From the NCBI GenBank assembly GCA_009103225.1, contig RHPI01002888.1, positions 205,986-269,985 on the forward strand: a DNA stretch of 64,000 nucleotides. The letters run 5' to 3'. Position numbers and translations under genes: made by a program. The stretch is from Chlorokybus atmophyticus. Its lineage: Eukaryota > Plantae > Mesostigma and Chlorokybus algae. Positions 51,201-64,000 of the stretch are shown piece by piece. The notes under the pieces are model-generated. The model did no database searches, was not told the DNA's origin, and worked only from the letters and a program-made list of their open reading frames with translations. The first letter of the stretch is position 1, and each line of letters begins with the position of its first letter.

Positions 51201-54200
51201 GACTGATTGCACCGAGCATAGGTATGTGGACATGTGGGTGGGTGGGTGGGTGGGTATGTGGGGTGACCAACTTGGGTTTACCAACAGGGAGGCCTGTGGT
51301 GGATGGGTTCACGGCGTTTCGGTGTACTTCGGATGGGGTGTGGGGACGGCTGTTCGCGCTGGACTTGGTCAACACCGTGTGGGCTGACACCGCGGGTGAG
51401 ATGGCGTGCGTGCGTGTGTGTGTGTAATCAAGTAGTATCATCACATCATACCATAGCACATGCAGAGCACTGATGCCATACACGACTCTGAAACACAGTC
51501 TCTCTCAACTATTTGGCACACGCAGAGGGCGTCCAGATCGCTGGTCAAGGCGGCCACCCTCCCCCCGGCACCATCCAACTCATAGACTCCCTCTTCATCG
51601 GATCCACGGGGAACCCCGGCTCCCCCGTCACGCCGGACTCGACGAGACAGAGCTGGGACGCGGCGCAAGGGAGGAGCGTGGCGCCGGGGAGCAGGTTCTG
51701 GCAAGTGGGGTGGAGGATGTATGATGGACCGATGCTATTGAAGGGAGTGAGGTGAGGAGGGGGGAAGTGTGTGTGTGTATGTTTGTCTGTCTGTCACGCG
51801 CGTATGCACGCATGCAAGTGTCTGAATCACCCACAGCCACATGCGTGCGTGCGTGCGCGTGCGTGCGTGCGTGTGGGCGTTGGTGTGTCTGTGTGTACAC
51901 ATACACTCACATGTTTATAGACATGTGTATACATACACACACTCACACCTAACCCACACACATGTCTCACCACAACACCCCTCACATCCCCCCCCTTCCC
52001 CAGGTTCGACCGTTTCCTCACTCCCTCCAACGCCGCCTTCCCCTCTTCGGCGATGGGTCCCCGTTTCTACAACTCCTTCTTCATGCACACGGCCACCTCC
52101 CTCCTCGCCACCTCTTTCGGTCCCTCCATCGACAAGGTGCTGTACAACCCCGACACGTCCGGCGACGGCGGGAAGGTCACTACATTGGTCGACGTGGATG
52201 GGAGTCTGACCAACAGGGCTGGGAGTACTGTGCTACCAGCGATGTGGAAGTTCTATCAGACTGCTGCGTGTGGGGTGGATGAGAGTATGGGGATGATATG
52301 TCCACATACTTACGCGAATGGCGAAGTGACTTGTCTCGAAGCCAACTGCGCCGATGATAATCTACTCTACATGATAAGGAGTAACTTCCCTGCGAGGGAC
52401 TTGCCCAGCTACAGGGATTATACGTTGTCTTTGATGGGTGGTGGGGGAAAGTATCAGCCGATTTGGTCTGTGGGAGCGAGCTATTTGTTGTACTATCAGA
52501 AGAGGGCGCCCGCGTCGGTGATGCTGCAGTTGAACAGCGCGCAGAAAGGGGATTTTGTGGAGATCGCGATGTGTTACCCGAATGGGACGAACGTGTCGGC
52601 GGTGTACAGAGGACAGGTGGGAAAGTGTGTGTGGGGCTCTACGATGCGCATCAGCATGGGCTTTTTGTCTGTCTTGCGCTGCGCGCAGACNNNNNNNNNN
52701 NNNNNNNNNNNNNNNNNNNNNNNNNNNNNNNNNNNNNNNNNNNNNNNNNNNNNNNNNNNNNNNNNNNNNNNNNNNNNNNNNNNNNNNNNNNNNNNNNNNN
52801 NNNNNNNNNNNNNNNNNNNNNNNNNNNNNNNNNNNNNNNNNNNNNNNNNNNNNNNNNNNNNNNNNNNNNNNNNNNNNNNNNNNNNNNNNNNNNNNNNNNN
52901 NNNNNNNNNNNNNNNNNNNNNNNNNNNNNNNNNNNNNNNNNNNNNNNNNNNNNNNNNNNNNNNNNNNNNNNNNNNNNNNNNNNNNNNNNNNNNNNNNNNN
53001 NNNNNNNNNNNNNNNNNNNNNNNNNNNNNNNNCCCCCCCCCCCCCCCCCCCCCCTCTTCAACAGGGTCTCTACGCCGACGCCATCCGTTCTCCCCTGCCC
53101 CCCTCCCCTTCCCTCTCCTCCATGCGCTCCTCCAACGGCTCTTCATATGTTTATGACACCCAGCGCTCCATACTGGTAGTCCGTATCATGCAACGCGCTT
53201 CAAGGAAACTGCCCCTCTACTGGGACATGAACATGGACTTCTGTCCGAGCCAGGGGTGCGACTACGTGGTGGTCAATGTGAATCTGCCGAATAGGACGGT
53301 CGGGGAGAGTGAGCTCGACTGCTCGACGGAGGCGTATAACGCGGGGTATGGGGCGGGGAGTTTGAGGAGGGAGGATGGGTGGTTGACGACGCCAGCAAAG
53401 CCGGTGGTGAGTCAGAGTTGTGGGAGAGTTGTAGTACACGGGATAGCATGCAGGTGCACATGTGCACTTGCACGCACGTGCGCGCACGTGCGCGGTGCGT
53501 GTGCGCACGCACGCGTGCCCTCGCATGCACGCACCCGCCCGCACGCACGCATACACGCATGTTCACACGCGTATGCGCACACCCACACCCACACCCATGA
53601 GCTCACTTGTCCATCCCCCTCTGTGACCCAGGGCAAGATTTCGGTGCCGTACCAGGCTCCCTTGCGCGCGTACGCGTGCGGCGGCTTCTGCCTGTTTGTC
53701 AACGCGGGCGGGGCGGGCGCGGACGCGTTCCAGGACGACTTGGGGGCAGACTGGGTAGCAGACAGGTGAGAGAGCGAGAGAGAGAGAGACACTCGTGTGC
53801 ACACGCACGCACACAGGATGCACACGCGCAAGCATACATTCAACATTCACGTTGTTGTCTTCATCATTGTGTACGATCCATCCACAGGGGTTTCACTGGG
53901 GGATACACTACGAGCCGTAACAGCGCCGTATTCGGGGTCGAGGACGGGAGCGAGCCGGTGAGTTGCACACACACACACACACACACACAAAATGTCATAT
54001 CAATGCCAGGATGTTGGTGGTGTTGTCAATAGAGATTGTTCTGAATATGTCTGTCAGGTTTACTTCACCGCAAGGGAGGGCGGCATGTCGTACACCTTCG
54101 ATGTGCCGAACGGCAGCTACCAAGTGGGCCTACACTTTTCCGGTACGCGTGCGTGTTTATATGCATGTGCATACATGTCATTCGCCGACTGTGTGTTGAA

Positions 54201-56205
54201 ACTGCCTTCGAGAACAGCTTGTGCGGGAAAGGTCGCTTGTGGCGCAGTCAGAGCACATGCACACATGGACACAAAGACACCTAGACACTCACACACATAC
54301 ACTGACATACACTGACATACACATATACGTTCACACATGCGCGCATACACGGGTATGCACAGTCACACACGCGCGCATGCGTACACCCACGTGCACACAG
54401 TCACACACGCACCCACCCACAGTCACGACCGCCCACACAAGCGCGCGCGCGCGCATATACACAATCTCCTACCCGCATGCACACACACACACACACATTC
54501 TCTCATACACAACTGTCCTGTTTCCCTTTCCCTTTCCACACCTCACTCACTCCCACTCTCTCACAACACTCCCTCCCTCCCAGAGGTGTACTGGACCTCC
54601 CCTGGCCAGCGCGTGTTCAACGTCTACGTCCAGTCCGCCCTCGTGCTGTCCCAGTTCGACATCCTCGCGGCGGCGGGCGGGCAGAGGTTCACCGCCGTCG
54701 TGTTCGAGACGATCGCGGTCGTAAGCGACGGACAGTTGACTGTCGAGTTCGAACGCATCGCGGATAACCCAAGGGTGAGTGTGTGTGTGTGTGTCATTGT
54801 CGAGTACACACATGGCTCGCGTGCGCGCGTGGTACGCACGCACGCACGCACGCAGTTGTCACGCGTGTGCGCGTGTGTCGTATGTGCGTGCTCGCATGCG
54901 TGCGCACAGCAATGCCAGAACAGCGATATCGCGAGTGGGTGCGTGGGTGAGACACGTGTGCGCATCGACACACGTACGTGCGCGTGCCTGCATGCCTGCC
55001 TCGATACTTGTCCTCCACACCCCACAAACACCCCTCTCCCCTCTCTCCCCTCCCCTCCCCTCCCCAGATCAACGGCATCTCCCTCACCCCCCCTCCCGCC
55101 GGCTCCGCCCTCCCCCCTCCCCCTCCTCCACCTCCGGTGCCTGTTGCCGCGACGGACGCCGTGCGGATCGACGTGGGAGCGAGCGCAGGCTCCGTCGACG
55201 CGCTCGGGTTCCAGTGGACGGCGGTGAGAGAGAGGATGATGCGTCCATGTGTATATACATGTGCGCATGCGTGCGTGCGTATCTCTCTGTGTGTGTGTGT
55301 GTGTGTGTGTGTGACGTAACCGTGCCGGTAACTGTACCTCCTCCATCAGGACACGAGCACAGAGGGTACCGTGAGGGTGTTCTCGAACGCGATAGCGGGC
55401 GTGCAGTACGGCCGTGAGAGTCTGTTTCAGGTGAGACAGGGTCATGTGTGCATTTCTATGCTGTGTGCGTGTGCGTGTGCGTGTGCGTGTGCGTGTGCGT
55501 GTGTTCAGCCAACTCAGGCTGATGTTGCTGATACGAGCAGAGCATCCGATTCGGCGCGACACTCACGTACGCCATCAGCGTCGCGCCCGGGACGTACAAC
55601 GTGGAGCTCTCCTTCGTGGAGAACTTCCAGACAGCGGTATGAGTGTTGACTGCCACACTGTCTTGTGCAAGCTTTCACACAGAACATGTGCGTGCGCGCG
55701 TGCGTGCGTCCGTGTTTGGCGCAATATGCGTGTCGCGCTCTGCGCTGAGACACAGCAAAAGCGCATACATTGCAATGCACAACATCCGCAATGGGTAGCA
55801 TTGTCGTCGTGCAAAGTGCACAGATGCGCACGCACGCGTTTGCACCCACACGCATGCACGCGCGTGCACCCACACTCATACCCACACGCACATGCCCATG
55901 CATCCAACACATCCACTCACCGACCCACCCATCCTCAGGCCGGCGGCCGGCTCTTCGACATCTACATCCAAACCGCCAAACTCACCTCTTCCCTCGACAT
56001 CTTCTCCGAATCCGGCGGCCGATTTGCCGGCCTCGTCAAAGCGTACCCCAACATCCAGGTTTCATCAACCACAGGAGGGAAGGTTACAATCAGTTTGCAA
56101 GCCGTCAAAGACAACACGTCGATCGCGGCGATACAGATCACGAGGAAGATCGCGAACACGGCGAGTACGAGCGTGCACACGACGGAGGAGACGCTCGTGA
56201 CGTGA
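48266..56205 (+). CDS. Secreted G8-domain CEMIP/TMEM2-like (PbH1 beta-helix) protein with two C-terminal malectin domains; ~20 exons, two internal assembly gaps
   Basis: Signal peptide MTLRRHQATISLLSLLFLFFTLFVTLTLA; G8-like GALQVGAENCPF...LDLHG; CEMIP-type motifs GRYPFHFHLC, TIHGT, GHAFFLED, SGFWITNANN, NIAAGSEGAGFWF, FRNNVAHS, MYDGP; malectin motifs VNAGG, YTFDVPNGSYQVGLHFSEVYW...GQRVFNV and GTYNVELSFVE...GRLFDIYI. Confidence 0.88.
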
Positions 56206-56696
56206 TGAGAGAGGATGAAGAGGTGTTTGGGTGTTGTGGTCAGAAAGGGTTTGATGTGAAGCCTTGGCACGACATCGGTGGTTGTGTTGCGGGTGAGGGT
56301 TAAACTGAATTTTGTAGGGTTCTATTTATTATTTTTGGCTGCCAGTCCACTGAAGTGGCAGCGGTTGACATTACCAGTAATTGATAGATGGATTATTCCT
56401 TTATGCTAGCGTTCAGGTTGATAGCACCTGCAAGACCAGCATAGAGATGGTCATTGTAGGCTGCATACAGCGAGTTGAAACCAACATTGGTTTACCAAAA
56501 GCTGACTTTAAGGTGTCAATTACCACCATCACGCTGTGTCTTGCCAGGCCTTCCTAGCACGTATGAATGTGCATGCGAGTGAGTGAGTGAGTGTACAGTG
56601 CGCTCGGAGTGTATACACAATGTGCGTGCAACCGTAACACACAACAGTAGAACCGTGAAACCATTTACAACACCACGCTCACCAACACCATTCTTA

Positions 56697-62605
<5,909 letters not shown>

Positions 62606-62830
62606 CCACTAGCTAGTATTTTGCCCAATGCTGCCAAACACGAAAGATTGATTATGATGCGAGACTAATTATAAACTAACTTGATGGGTCACCCTCACAC
62701 GCATACGCGTAAAACACGCACAAACGCACGCACACAGCCTTCCGCCGCCGCTCCCACAAGCACAGCCAGACAGCTTAGCCAGACCTCAACCGCAAAAGGT
62801 TTATGCAATAAGCGTGCACGCGAGCCAGGT

Positions 62831-62870
62831 TGATTGGCAAAAACTGCCTCTGCAGGCAGAAAGGTGGGCC
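62831..62870 (-). promoter_or_regulatory. Candidate CCAAT box and GGCCCA (site II-like) element upstream of the CHERP-like gene
   Basis: GCCAATCA on minus at 62831-62838 and GGCCCA near 62865, about 230-260 bp before the inferred ATG; short motifs only. Confidence 0.3.
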
Positions 62871-62901
62871 TAATCGCCATGGTTTGAACCAAGGCGTTTG
62901 G

Positions 62902-62973
62902 TGTGGCTGCTGGGATTCGAGCCCAGGTCTCCACGGCCACAACGTGGGATTCTCACCACTAAACTACAGCCAC
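62902..62973 (-). tRNA. trnH-GTG: tRNA-His (GTG)
   Basis: GTGGCTGTAGTTTAGTGGTGAGAATCCCACGTTGTGGCCGTGGAGACCTGGGCTCGAATCCCAGCAGCCACA: full cloverleaf, GTG anticodon, A and B boxes; close to recalled plant nuclear tRNA-His. Confidence 0.96.
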
Positions 62974-63627
62974 GAACGTCGCTGCAATCTCCAACTCAAG
63001 AAGTTATAAATGTTACTGCAGTAGGCAGTACATCATAATGTATGTCGTGCTACATTTCTGCAAATCTCAAGTTGCAATGTAACGTTCCTAATACCTCTTG
63101 TGTCGTTGCATGTATGAAAGTGTAGAAATGTTAATGACAGGTTACGCAATGTAAGTAATACTCATAAAGGATAGGATGGGGTAACAACGAGGCAAAGGAA
63201 CGAGAGCATGCAACCGAAGGTTCATTAATAACATAAGTAGTATAGTAATATGTTATTAGTATAACAATATAACTTACAGGCAGGGAAACCAAGCTTTGGT
63301 GCTTTGTTTTTACTAATATATACGCATGGAAAACAATGTAAGCATTTTCACGTTTCAATACTGTATCATATACCTTTATCGATCGATATGTGTGGTGCGT
63401 GGGTCATTTCTTTCGAAATTACTTGATAGAGCAGCACAACAGTCGATTTACAAACATTTTGGCTGCGTGCAATGATTGCACGCATTCACATATTCATTTG
63501 TGCTATACCGCAAGTCATGTTATTGCTGCTTGCGCACAGCTACATGCCCATATTCATGGCCATAGGTTTCGGTGGTGTTGAGGTTATGATTGTACCAAGA
63601 ATGAGGGGAGGTGGCATGTACGACTAT

Positions 63628-63631
<4 letters not shown>

Positions 63632-63704
<73 letters not shown>

Positions 63705-63750
63705 CGCTCTCTCGCGCTCTCCCTCTCGCTCTGTGTGTGTGTGTGTGTAC
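63632..63750. repeat. Compound (CT)n-(CG)n-(TG)n microsatellite
   Basis: Read directly. Confidence 0.9.
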
Positions 63751-64000
63751 ATGAGATGGAAGAGGGAATCCATACATGGCAACCTACGTGCACATGCAAT
63801 GTCACAAACACCACAAGCACTCACCAACTCGACCACCGGGCCTAAGCGCCTGCATGCTACTTACCAACTACTTCCAACTCTACCACTACTGCCCTCCTAT
63901 GTGCGTGTACGAACAATCTGAAACGGAAATGCACATGCATAGTGGCATGCACAGTCAGCAGCATGCAGAGTGACATAGCGCATACCAACAACACCATTGT

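Noticed and set aside
8050-56205. Functional cluster linking the UXS genes with the CEMIP-like glycan enzyme
   Set aside because: About 34 kb apart with unrelated housekeeping genes between; the shared UDP-GlcA/uronic-acid theme is probably coincidence.

Overview
Eukaryotic, intron-rich nuclear DNA from an Illumina-style scaffold: five N gaps flanked by GA/CT or C-rich tracts, plus a ~1.6 kb poly-C run. The gene set points to the green lineage, probably a streptophyte alga with a flagellated stage (inference). In order: a decayed Ty3/gypsy element on the minus strand with an extra domain between gag and protease; a 297-bp-arm palindrome; a divergent paralog pair of UDP-xylose synthases with different N-terminal targeting signals; a PRDA1-like plastid protein head-to-head with a gene whose N-terminus aligns without gaps to the centriole protein CEP295/Ana1; a ~4-4.6 kb tandem duplication that left a pseudo-MPO1 and a pseudo-CEP295 3' half; an intact MPO1/DUF962 gene; CYP59/PPIL4; an unknown coiled-coil gene; a CAN-type staphylococcal nuclease; an AT-rich intergenic island with a Harbinger-type MITE; a large secreted G8/CEMIP-TMEM2-like protein with two malectin domains; a SURP+CID CHERP-like gene; and tRNA-His(GTG). 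Exon boundaries were stitched by eye and family calls rest on recalled motifs, not database searches. The strongest leads are the CEP295 homolog, the CEMIP-like/malectin fusion, a C-to-G skew that tracks exon/intron structure down to synonymous codon choice, and a possible degenerate adenine-methyltransferase domain in the retrotransposon.
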